DNA from: a virus
Lineage: Duplodnaviria > Caudoviricetes
Length of the DNA stretch: 64,000 nucleotides
Direction: 5' to 3' (one strand)
IMG/VR virus record: IMGVR_UViG_3300014204_000110
Every line of letters begins with the position of its first letter. Within the stretch, counting starts at the first letter, position 1. This document shows positions 11,501 through 20,387 of the stretch, one piece after another. The position numbers were made by a program, and so were the translations under genes. The notes under the pieces are model-generated. The model was not told the origin of the DNA. It did no database searches and saw nothing but the letters and a program-made list of their open reading frames with translations.

Positions 11501-14500
11501 GAGCTAATCCTATATTGTTACCTTATGTAATAGCTATATTTGATACAATTGAACTTGAACAAAAAAATAAAGTAACATCAAAATTATCACCAATATTTAA
11601 TTCAATGGAAGAATCTTTTTCTTCAATGGTTTCTATAGATTTTGCAGATAAAATATTAAGAGATCCAGTTGTATATAAAAAAATAATTACTCCAGAAATA
11701 ATTGGTGAAACTCAGTTTAATAATATAGAACGTTATAAAAAGTTATCTAGAGTTAATTGTTATAATGATTTTGATATTCCTAATTTTTCAGATACTGTTG
11801 TTTTAGGACCAGATTTTTATTTATATAATAATATAGTTGATATTTCTGAAAACAGATATTATATATCTGAATCTCTTAAACGATATGCGAAAATTGGTAA
11901 ACTTGGAGCAATGATGTCTTTAGTTGAATCAACTGATGCTCTTATAAAGTATGACCAAATTATATCACAACTTGAATCTATTGAACCTGAAGTTAAAGAA
12001 GCGGTATCAGTATCTCTAGCTGATGATATTCCAGGATATACTTCTGATGGAAATATAAAAGAAATTATAGCTAAATTAAAAAATATACAGACTCAAATAT
12101 CTTTATGTAATAATAGTATTGATGAAATAAATACAATTTCTGATGATAATCAACAATTATTAGATAAATTTAAAAATGATTTTGAAAATAATTTATATCC
12201 TGGAATGAAAAAAGAAGAATTTGATACCGCTTATAAAATAATGGAATCAAAAGTTAGTAAATTAAAATCTGGTATAACTGTTGAAAATATTGATTTTAAA
12301 AAGATAAATCTTATACATTCAGCTAGAACAATGACAATGTTAGAAATTTTTGAAATATATAGTGTTTTAAATAATTATATCATTGATGAAATTTCAAGTA
12401 AAAATAATATATTTCAAATGAAACCAACTAAACTTGATGATCAAGGTTTAACCAAAAGTTCTTCTGAAAAAGAAGTTGCACAAAAATTGTATAATTATGT
12501 TAGATTTGTCCTTATAAATAATAAAAATATAACTACATCTTCATTAGAATCTGGTGGAACTTTTTCAAGTGATAGTTCAACTGAAGATAATTTTAAAAAA
12601 GAACTTAAAAAACAATTTAGTGCTGGTGGTATTTCTGATTCATTTAATAAAACTTTATCATTACCCAATTTGCGTAATATACAAAACTATTTATTTAATA
12701 AAATAGGTTATTATATAAGATTAAATTCTTTTATTGTTGAATATGGAAAAAGCAATTCTATAGGAAAAATTGATTTAACTAATCTTCCAGAACTTAGTTA
12801 CTTAGATTTTTGGAATTTTCGATCAATTGAAGAAAATGATAGAAAAATTAAAATAATAAAAGAGTTTTCAGAAAACCAAGATAATAAAAAAGATACAACA
12901 ATTAAAATGTATCCAACATTTAAATTATTTTTTGTTGAAGAAGATAAAAATTTTATAACACATAATTTTGATGATTATTATACACAGAATGCTATTCAAT
13001 CTATTGAAATTGTAAGTAATAAAAATTCTGCAAGTAAAACCGCAAGAATTATTTTAAGTAATGTTACTAATTCACTTACTGATAAAATGAGTCTTCTTAG
13101 AGAATCTGAAGATTTATTTGGTAATAGTATTGGTACTGATGTTAAAGCTAAAAACTTATTTCTAGGAACTCTAGATGTTAAACCTGGAACTCAAATAATT
13201 ATTAAAATGGGATATGCTCCTTATGATAATCTATTAACTACTGTATTTCATGGAAGAATTATAGAGATGAATCCTGGAAGCATGGTGGAAATGATTTGTC
13301 AGGATTTTGCATCACAACTAAATCATAAAGTAGTATCAGAAAAATTTGGTGTTGCTTCTACTGTTAAAGATTATGGTGATATTGCTTCAGCTACTCTAGA
13401 TATGATTCCTGGACTTGAAAAACTTGGTAAAGAATCTAAATTTAATATTATAAATACAGATAATTTTACTGGAAGAAATTTAAGAAATATTGGAAGTAAT
13501 TTTGCTAATAGATATCTTATGAGTAATCTTTTTGGATCACTTTCAGCACTTAATGCTGCTAAAGATAATCCTAGAGATGAAAACATATATTTAAACTATA
13601 GTGCTGTAAATACTGTATATCATAAACCAACGTTTGACTGGATTATATATGATCAGACAGTCTGGAGTGTATTACAAGAATTATGTTTATATAATAGAGA
13701 CAAAATTGCGACAATTAGGACATATAATGAAGATCCAATGTCTAGTAATAATAATCTACGAGAAACAATAGTAGTTGGTGATAAAGCTGGTTATTATAAA
13801 TGTACAGATTCTTTTGCATTATCTTCTTTAAATATTAAAGAACTTGATGCATTTGCTTCTGAATGGGATACTATTAAAAATTTAATTTTAAATAATAAAT
13901 ATAATTCTGCATATTGGGAAGTTACTAGAGAAGTAGCAAGTCTTAATGAAGGTGAAGTGTTTATATATAGACGTCTTAATAAATCTGGTGTTCAGTTATA
14001 TTCTTTTCTACAGAATAAATTAAATTCTCTTGTACTTATTGCTCATCTTTTAGATACTTATAAATTAAATAGTAGTCAGTATGTATTTGATCAACTTCTT
14101 ACATCTCTTACTGAAAATAAGTTTTTTAAAGATGATTTTAAAGAAATGATATATAATATTTATAATTTTAATAAAAATTATTTTATTAATACTGATCAAT
14201 TAAATTCTACTATATTTGAGAGTTCTACAAAACAAGTTATTAACTTTGAAAAGATTATTACTGATCTTAGAAAATATATTAAAGATGTACAATTTGTAAA
14301 AGAATCATATTATAATGTAAAAGATACATCTTCCAATATTGATCAAAAATATCTTAATGATCCTCAGTATAAAAAGATTCAAAAACATCATCTTATAACA
14401 GATAGTTCAGATATTATATCAAATAACATTTCTCTTAATTCTTCATTTTCTAATGTTGTTAATGTTTATTATACCAATGAACCAAATATAAATACTGCAT

Positions 14501-15546
14501 CGTTAGATAGTATTAGTCCTGATAAAATAAAAACAAGTGTTAATATGTGGAGTGTTAAAGCTTTTGGTGATCAGAAAGATGAGTTCTCTAGAATATTAAA
14601 TAGTTATCAAAAGAATATAGATACAAATTGGTTTGATGTTTCTAATACTCTTGCTAGTTTTTATGGTAAATTTCAAAGAATTAAAGGACAAGAATCTTTA
14701 AAAAAATATAAAAATTTACAAAATTTTGAATTACCAAGATGGGATTTATTTCCATCATTTGTTCTTGTAGGTGTAAGATTACTTCAAAAAGAAGTTGAAA
14801 GGATGTATCAAGGTACAATTGAAATTGTTGGTAATCCTAAAATACAACCTTATGATATTATACATTTACAAGATTACACAAATGATATGCATGGTGTTGT
14901 AGAAGTTGAAGAAGTCATTCATTCTTTTACTCCTGAACGAGGATATAGAACTATAATTACTCCTAATCTTATAACTTATGATAGAGATCCTATACAACTT
15001 CAAGATATTCAAATTATTAATCAAATATATGATTTTTCTAATGTGAGAAGAAATGTTGCTCATGTTGCTAATATTGCTACTGCTGGTATGTTTAGTATTG
15101 TTTCAATGCTAGGACTTGCTGCAGGTGGTATTGGTGGGACAGTCACAGCAATTGGTGCAGGATTACCAGCATTAGGATTTTTATATAATGGAACAGTTGG
15201 AGCAGTTGTTAAACAACAGAAGTTTTTGTATGATCAATTAGGACATATTCTTGGAAGAGATTGTATTAATTTTACTTCTTTATTATATCATGGAATGCCA
15301 TTTATGACTGGATTTGATGGTGTTGATTATACTAATTTAAAAACTTTAATGAATCATAAAGTTGCTGATATTAAAAATCCAATTAATCGATTTTTATCTT
15401 TTGGAGATACTTTTGATGCTAATATTATCACTAACTGGAATCCTGAAGAATATGGAATTCTTCAATCTATATTTGGAAAGTTACCTATTACTAGCGATAT
15501 TGCTAGTTATCAAAATTCAGGTTTAAAGACGGGATTTACTGAGTAA
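8554..15546 (+). CDS. giant baseplate hub protein (gp27/gpD-like) fused to tail-tube-initiator-like domains
   Basis: Hub-type motifs KPGTQIIIKMGY..VFHGRIIEM and MYQGTIEIVGNPKIQPYDIIHL..VEEVIHSFTPERGYRTIITP; it precedes the spike/gp25/J genes. ATG 8554 preferred over GTG 8545. Confidence 0.65.
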   Translation: MTNIDPNTIGNALYFILTKKEPYSKYISIYSSDQSLGKSTVPNLIIEVYNKYFKLQVNLNTQSKSNIFILQGGDVIKTGSGNTYLITHSEGTVGTWPKLTDIDNLEINSTIKQYEVIRPNFDNIKETLLEDLQNIGKEILSTDSETNRLLEQIPETLNNSKDIKSADGVDFYSLGEGALQIGDLIFVVDPTQLAFNSQNGYQYFPTLRTQGNPKIPTTQQVKNLSINLIFPNEDSINYQLLNLYAMFKRTPFVNIRNKDICEFFKDICFMEEWLPVALESIQIQSVPGFPNTLQASITILPFDYRMMSDGFQALLSMEDVERQQTILYRNEEYDRLIRKAESKLDEQSVSEERFLDVLIHDIDKSPDFRNSLPFRAFYQSLIADRKFIMNSSGKIVSTSKKGSYDIAWFRPTKTENLLNEYKASSNNKSITLSYNYISKDFQTFSKIVSNERTDKQVRLLKQLTDFYTSIRTKDDLIKEMVTFFTRKEDFYNITEGKFQELSNNIIPNLVTRFGITMEGQSEVIIKNWFDLLTKGFAIKQGWVQTFESIQSINNFFGGNFSVDNTDVLGFLNGVTYTDKDTFGVGTFQWGIKKIWDWIDTGTDKQKELKKKNFSAFLGELRVAITKEITSETLVVNPTADGEMFSIARIPIVSEDIVIDNVSDIIVGWSIVFSNKFIPMTLQAYKYPYYQHIGSEDPVMSLNITSIYNKNKDLKSQLSILSERLHESAKVVTLNAPELITYLDPRITINAEANNLFNSFGIKKVVFDSFNIVNIDGQPNSWNIAVNFTQSNFTISDYHGVSHVPSNEIAILELAKIVSSIEKINDNYVVMDYKTRSGNLLNLNDILKIRFLAWSVSNIDQKYNIIEYIKQVKSGRQSKNTGTIGNELADKYLQEFYKSIGSLESFSLSQPNTTENFNVREVNITKTKILQDLISNTQYKNILDFINIKTEELFKLKSELIRSLIFNDKSWFRNYLDRYDARYRANPILLPYVIAIFDTIELEQKNKVTSKLSPIFNSMEESFSSMVSIDFADKILRDPVVYKKIITPEIIGETQFNNIERYKKLSRVNCYNDFDIPNFSDTVVLGPDFYLYNNIVDISENRYYISESLKRYAKIGKLGAMMSLVESTDALIKYDQIISQLESIEPEVKEAVSVSLADDIPGYTSDGNIKEIIAKLKNIQTQISLCNNSIDEINTISDDNQQLLDKFKNDFENNLYPGMKKEEFDTAYKIMESKVSKLKSGITVENIDFKKINLIHSARTMTMLEIFEIYSVLNNYIIDEISSKNNIFQMKPTKLDDQGLTKSSSEKEVAQKLYNYVRFVLINNKNITTSSLESGGTFSSDSSTEDNFKKELKKQFSAGGISDSFNKTLSLPNLRNIQNYLFNKIGYYIRLNSFIVEYGKSNSIGKIDLTNLPELSYLDFWNFRSIEENDRKIKIIKEFSENQDNKKDTTIKMYPTFKLFFVEEDKNFITHNFDDYYTQNAIQSIEIVSNKNSASKTARIILSNVTNSLTDKMSLLRESEDLFGNSIGTDVKAKNLFLGTLDVKPGTQIIIKMGYAPYDNLLTTVFHGRIIEMNPGSMVEMICQDFASQLNHKVVSEKFGVASTVKDYGDIASATLDMIPGLEKLGKESKFNIINTDNFTGRNLRNIGSNFANRYLMSNLFGSLSALNAAKDNPRDENIYLNYSAVNTVYHKPTFDWIIYDQTVWSVLQELCLYNRDKIATIRTYNEDPMSSNNNLRETIVVGDKAGYYKCTDSFALSSLNIKELDAFASEWDTIKNLILNNKYNSAYWEVTREVASLNEGEVFIYRRLNKSGVQLYSFLQNKLNSLVLIAHLLDTYKLNSSQYVFDQLLTSLTENKFFKDDFKEMIYNIYNFNKNYFINTDQLNSTIFESSTKQVINFEKIITDLRKYIKDVQFVKESYYNVKDTSSNIDQKYLNDPQYKKIQKHHLITDSSDIISNNISLNSSFSNVVNVYYTNEPNINTASLDSISPDKIKTSVNMWSVKAFGDQKDEFSRILNSYQKNIDTNWFDVSNTLASFYGKFQRIKGQESLKKYKNLQNFELPRWDLFPSFVLVGVRLLQKEVERMYQGTIEIVGNPKIQPYDIIHLQDYTNDMHGVVEVEEVIHSFTPERGYRTIITPNLITYDRDPIQLQDIQIINQIYDFSNVRRNVAHVANIATAGMFSIVSMLGLAAGGIGGTVTAIGAGLPALGFLYNGTVGAVVKQQKFLYDQLGHILGRDCINFTSLLYHGMPFMTGFDGVDYTNLKTLMNHKVADIKNPINRFLSFGDTFDANIITNWNPEEYGILQSIFGKLPITSDIASYQNSGLKTGFTE

Positions 15547-16319
15547 TGTTTGATCTAGAAACAAAATATCAACTTAAAGCATTTGTTGGAACTATTGCTG
15601 GACTTAATTATTTTAATGATACTCATAAGATTATTAGATTAGAATTTAATAATAAATTTTATGATTTTAAATTTATAAGTTCAAATGAAGTTCCTAATCC
15701 TTCTAAACATTTAGCTATCGTTATAACAAGTGAAGAATTTTTATCTGATAATGCGTCTATATCTGAAGAAAGATTAAATTATTTACCAGGAATAGTTGAT
15801 AAATTTGGAAATATTGGTGATCTTCCATTAGGATTTGTTTATATAATTAATAAAAAACAAACTGTATCTGTTACTAATCCTAATAGTGGTGGAGCTGGAT
15901 TTGCTATAAATAATACAAATATGTTTGATTATGATAAGATTGCAGTTTCAATCTCACCCCCTTTAGACAATGACTATACTAATACTGAAAAAGATGATAA
16001 TAAACTTAATAAAAATGTTGGTATTTTTATAAATCATGATGGAACTATACTTGTTAAATCCAAAGGTGGATCAATAACTCTTGGTGAAGAAGGAATATAT
16101 TTAGCTGGTAATATAGCTTGGGAATCTTCTGAACATCAAAGAGAATGGATGATGGATAATGGATTTCATAGATTTATACCATCAACAATGGTTTCTTTTG
16201 CTTTAGCATTACCTGAATTTCCGAATTTAACTACTTTTGCTAATATTGGAAATGCTGCTCAAAAAGTATTAAGTATTGTTAAAAAAGTTAGTAATATATC
16301 AAAAATTGTAGGTAAATAA
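15546..16319 (+). CDS. putative baseplate central spike (gpV/gp45-like)
   Basis: Lies between the hub and the gp25-like gene; short beta-strand repeats GIFINHDGTILVKSKGGSITLGEEGIYL. Confidence 0.4.
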   Translation: MFDLETKYQLKAFVGTIAGLNYFNDTHKIIRLEFNNKFYDFKFISSNEVPNPSKHLAIVITSEEFLSDNASISEERLNYLPGIVDKFGNIGDLPLGFVYIINKKQTVSVTNPNSGGAGFAINNTNMFDYDKIAVSISPPLDNDYTNTEKDDNKLNKNVGIFINHDGTILVKSKGGSITLGEEGIYLAGNIAWESSEHQREWMMDNGFHRFIPSTMVSFALALPEFPNLTTFANIGNAAQKVLSIVKKVSNISKIVGK

Positions 16320-16846
16320 TGGCTGAATTTTTTGAAGGAATGAGAGATATTAGATTAAATTATGATCTAGATATTAACTTTAAAAACGGTGACTTATTAA
16401 CTACTACTGGAATTGATTATATTCAAATTGAGATATATAAATTACTTATTACTGAACCTGGAGATTGGAAAGCTTCTCCTAAACTTGGGTGTACTCCAAA
16501 TATTTTTACTGGAGCACAAAATACTAAAGACACTGGTAAAAAAATAGAAAATTATCTTAAAGAAGGTTTAAAAGATACTGTTTTTCCAAGTCAAGTTAAT
16601 GTAAGAGTTGTACCTACTAATTATACAAATATAATGATATTTATTGATATACTATTACAAAATTTTGAAATTGATTCTATTCCTTTCGAATTTGATTTTA
16701 TTAATGGAATTAAAAAATTTAATAAATTAGATTATGTTGTTAATAAACCAAAATCATCAATCGAATATAAAATAAATAATATATCAAATATTAAACGACC
16801 AAATAAATATTTACAACGATTACGAGAAGATACTTTAAGTTTGTAA
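16319..16846 (+). CDS. baseplate wedge / sheath-initiator protein (gp25/GpW-like)
   Basis: NGDLLTTTGIDYIQIEIYKLLITEPGDWKASPKLG pattern; directly upstream of baseplate J. Confidence 0.75.
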   Translation: MAEFFEGMRDIRLNYDLDINFKNGDLLTTTGIDYIQIEIYKLLITEPGDWKASPKLGCTPNIFTGAQNTKDTGKKIENYLKEGLKDTVFPSQVNVRVVPTNYTNIMIFIDILLQNFEIDSIPFEFDFINGIKKFNKLDYVVNKPKSSIEYKINNISNIKRPNKYLQRLREDTLSL

Positions 16847-16856
16847 TGGAGAAATA

Positions 16857-18110
16857 ATGGCTACACGACGATCATATATAAATATTGTTGAAGATGGAAG
16901 AACTCGATTAGAACAAAATAGTCCTGTTAATAATTTTAATCAACAAGGAATTTCAAAAGCATTTCTAGATATTCTTGGTGTTGAAGTTGAAAAACAATAT
17001 GATAATCTAGAGTATGTTTATAGGGCAATTGATCCAACAAAAGCTACTGGAAGTGATCTAGAAAAAATAGGATATCTTGTTGGAGAATATAGGACTGAAG
17101 CAGTTACACCATCTGATTATTCTACTACAAACTTTTATTTTTATATCGATCCTAAAATTAATATGAGTTTATCTTCAATGATAAAACGAAGTTATACATA
17201 TGAAGAAAGAAATACTCTTGTTTCTAATGGTTTTTTAACTAATGACATATATGGAGAACCACAAAATTTAATTATACCAATTGATACAGTTGTTCAAAAT
17301 TTTGATGGAACAATATCTTATACAACTATTAATTCTGTTATTTTAAATAATACTGATAGTTATGTTGGAATAATTGCTACAAATACTGGACCAAGTTATA
17401 ATGTAGAAACTAATACACTTATTGCTCATACACTTCATCAAATTCCAGAACTTAGAAAAATTTCACAATATATTAAATGTTCAAATAGATTTCCAATTCA
17501 AAATGGAAAATATTCAATAAATGATGATGAATTAAGATATAAAATTTCTACTTCTAGAAGTTCAATTAGATCAAATGAATTATCAATACGTAGATCAGCA
17601 TTAAGTGTTCCTGGTGTTAGAGATATTCTTTTTGAAAAAAATAAATATGGTGCTGGTACTGTTAATATAATTATTGATGGAGTATCACCACTAATTTCTC
17701 AAGGGCTTATAGATGCTGTTAAAGAAAAAGTTCAACAAGAACAATCATATGGTGATACAATATATGTTAATAGACCAGAATATATTGGAATAGAATTAGA
17801 TATTGGTATTGTAATTACTTTAGGTACTATAGATGAATTAAGTGTTAAACAACTTGTTAAAAGTTCAATTATTCAATATATTAATGATCTTCCTATTGGT
17901 GGAGAAATTATTTGGAATAGAATAATAGATGTTGTAATGGATGTTTCTGGAGTTGAAGATATTGTACCAAGAACATTTAAATTAGGTGAGTACGATATTT
18001 TCCATAAACTTATTAAAAATCAAATAATACTACAATTTCAAAATCAAAAAGCCAGTCTAACACAAAAGTTTTTTTGTGATTATGGACTTTGTAATATATG
18101 TATAGTATAA
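16857..18110 (+). CDS. baseplate J-like wedge protein
   Basis: ATGSDLEKIG, GPSYNVETNTL, DDELRYKI, ALSVPGVRD, GAGTVNIII, YINDLPIGGEI..VSGVED; GGAG RBS. Confidence 0.9.
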   Translation: MATRRSYINIVEDGRTRLEQNSPVNNFNQQGISKAFLDILGVEVEKQYDNLEYVYRAIDPTKATGSDLEKIGYLVGEYRTEAVTPSDYSTTNFYFYIDPKINMSLSSMIKRSYTYEERNTLVSNGFLTNDIYGEPQNLIIPIDTVVQNFDGTISYTTINSVILNNTDSYVGIIATNTGPSYNVETNTLIAHTLHQIPELRKISQYIKCSNRFPIQNGKYSINDDELRYKISTSRSSIRSNELSIRRSALSVPGVRDILFEKNKYGAGTVNIIIDGVSPLISQGLIDAVKEKVQQEQSYGDTIYVNRPEYIGIELDIGIVITLGTIDELSVKQLVKSSIIQYINDLPIGGEIIWNRIIDVVMDVSGVEDIVPRTFKLGEYDIFHKLIKNQIILQFQNQKASLTQKFFCDYGLCNICIV

Positions 18111-18111
18111 T

Positions 18112-20385
18112 ATGAATACAAAATTACCATCTCAAGCTAAATCAACTGAACGATTACTTAGATCTGTTTTACCAGAACATTTTAAAATGGTATCTGATAA
18201 AAATTCTAATGGATATAAGTATGTTAATCTTTTATATGGTATTGAATGTGATAATATTTTAGATTCTATACGGGAAGTTTATAATGAATCTTTTATTACT
18301 TCTTTTGATTTAAGTAAAGATTATGAATTATATGAAGCTAATTTATCTGGAGTTCCAACTACTTCTTATTTAAATTCAAGTGGATTATTTCCAATTAAAA
18401 TTACAAATGAATATGAATTTTATAATGGTGATCCAACTAGAATCATTCCTAATGGAACTTTAGAACTTCCAATGTATTATTTATCTTATACTGGAGTTCT
18501 TCAAGCAAGTGGTGAATTTAAAAATGGTTTTGATATAGGATTTAATGAACCATGTTGGTCTCAAATATCTGGAATAATTGGATTAGAATATATAAGAAAA
18601 GATATGAGAGGTTCTGGATATTTAATTATAACTTCAGATATAGATCAAACTTCTGGATTTTTTAATAATATGTATCCAGTGTTTTCAATTGATGTTGGAA
18701 ATAATTTAAAAACAAGTGGAGATTTTGTAAATACTTATGGAATATTTAATGGGGTTAAGGAACAAAACTTTTCTGGAAGTTTAACTAATGAAATATTATA
18801 TCCAATAGATTCAAAAACACTTTTAGAAAGATATCCATTATATAGAGAAGTTCTAGATGATAGTGGAATTTTACGTACTATAGATCATTATGAACCGTAT
18901 CATGGATGGACTAAAAATGCTAATGGTCAAATTATTGCTGTAGTTGATTATTCTGGTGAATATTATTATGATAATTCAGGTGAAAAAATATATTATAAGA
19001 CATCATATAATAATCCATATGGATATAATAATTATACAAAAGCTTATTTAGATTTAAAATATATACCAATAAGTGGAACACTTAAAGTTTATGATATAGA
19101 TATTTTAGATACAAGTGGTAATGCAACTGAAATACCTTATAGTGGCAAAAACTTATATTATTATAAATCTCCTAAAATGTTTTTAGGTAATACTTCTGGT
19201 GAATTAGATGCTCAATTTGATCCAATATACCTTGGTTACGAATCAATTGTTCCAAGTGGAATGGGTTTTAGTTCAAATATGGAAGGTTCTGGATGTTCAT
19301 TATATAAAGTTACTACTTGGAATTATTTACATGAAAGTGGTAAATTAGATGAAGGTTCATTAAGTTATATAGATGGTACTGAAAATATTACAAATAGAAT
19401 TAGTTTATCTGGATATCATAGTAGATATATGGTTGAGTATAAATATAAAATATATGATAATGATAGATATGTATCTTCTTTAAATTCAAATGGTTCTATT
19501 TCTTTTCATACACCAAGTCCAATAATTACTAATTATAAAAATAATGATTATGTTTTAATTGATTATGACTTTACTAAAAATCCTGATTATAAAAATGAAA
19601 ATTCTAAAATAATAACTTTTGATGGATTAAAATATAGACCAGGATGTAGAATTAATAAAATATCTTTTGATATTCCATTTCTTTTTAATGAAAATGAAAT
19701 TACTGAAAATTTATATATTAATACAAATAAAGAATATGCAGGATATTCTAATGAATTTATTCCACAATTTAATGATTTAAGATATTATGTTTTAAATTGT
19801 TTATTTTCATCGGACGTGTCTGGAAATTTAATTGAAACTGATTTAACTAATACTGGAAACGATTTGACTTATAGTGGTAATAATAATATATTTAAGATTA
19901 ATTATAATACATTTTTTGGTAAAAAAATTATAAATACTGGTAATGAGTCTTATTTTTATAAAGACAATTATAGTTTTCTTAATATAAATACTTTTTTTAA
20001 ATTTGATTTTAGATTAAATACAATACAAAATGGAAGATTATTAGAAATCTATGATGTTATTACTTCTACATATATATTTTTAGATATAGATCAATCTGGT
20101 AGATTAATTATATATTCTAATAATAAAATATTTTATTCAACAAGTAATTTAATATCAAATTTTAATTATAAAAGTTTAATATTAAAATATTCTCCAGATG
20201 AGTTTTCATCAAGTATACCAACTTTTAAAATATATTTTAAAGATAGTGAGCAACTTGGTTATTCAATTATAAATTTAAGTGAAAGTTCTGATAGTAATAT
20301 TAATTTAATTGATCATACATCATTAAAAGTTTTTAAAAATATGAGTATTGATATTGGTGGTTTTTCTGTATTTTATGAGGATTAA
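18112..20385 (+). CDS. baseplate wedge/peripheral tail protein, Ser-Gly rich
   Basis: Follows J. The N-terminus LLRSVLPEHF..SNGYKYVNLLYG resembles wedge gpI-like N-termini; the C-terminus is beta-rich and lectin-like. Confidence 0.5.
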   Translation: MNTKLPSQAKSTERLLRSVLPEHFKMVSDKNSNGYKYVNLLYGIECDNILDSIREVYNESFITSFDLSKDYELYEANLSGVPTTSYLNSSGLFPIKITNEYEFYNGDPTRIIPNGTLELPMYYLSYTGVLQASGEFKNGFDIGFNEPCWSQISGIIGLEYIRKDMRGSGYLIITSDIDQTSGFFNNMYPVFSIDVGNNLKTSGDFVNTYGIFNGVKEQNFSGSLTNEILYPIDSKTLLERYPLYREVLDDSGILRTIDHYEPYHGWTKNANGQIIAVVDYSGEYYYDNSGEKIYYKTSYNNPYGYNNYTKAYLDLKYIPISGTLKVYDIDILDTSGNATEIPYSGKNLYYYKSPKMFLGNTSGELDAQFDPIYLGYESIVPSGMGFSSNMEGSGCSLYKVTTWNYLHESGKLDEGSLSYIDGTENITNRISLSGYHSRYMVEYKYKIYDNDRYVSSLNSNGSISFHTPSPIITNYKNNDYVLIDYDFTKNPDYKNENSKIITFDGLKYRPGCRINKISFDIPFLFNENEITENLYINTNKEYAGYSNEFIPQFNDLRYYVLNCLFSSDVSGNLIETDLTNTGNDLTYSGNNNIFKINYNTFFGKKIINTGNESYFYKDNYSFLNINTFFKFDFRLNTIQNGRLLEIYDVITSTYIFLDIDQSGRLIIYSNNKIFYSTSNLISNFNYKSLILKYSPDEFSSSIPTFKIYFKDSEQLGYSIINLSESSDSNINLIDHTSLKVFKNMSIDIGGFSVFYED

Positions 20386-20387
20386 TA

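Noticed and set aside
3043-15063. Short nested ORFs in the giant genes (3043, 3059, 5005, 7024, 10799, 13371, 14866) and similar ones elsewhere
   Set aside because: Fully nested in long coding frames, with no recognisable motifs and composition typical of off-frame AT-rich sequence.
1528-15546. Inteins or introns explaining the giant ORFs
   Set aside because: No C/S...HN splice motifs or LAGLIDADG blocks were recognised, and the frames are uninterrupted.
8554-18110. Bacterial eCIS/T6SS/tailocin locus
   Set aside because: No host housekeeping context or T6SS membrane complex; the giant internal proteins and overall layout fit a large phage.
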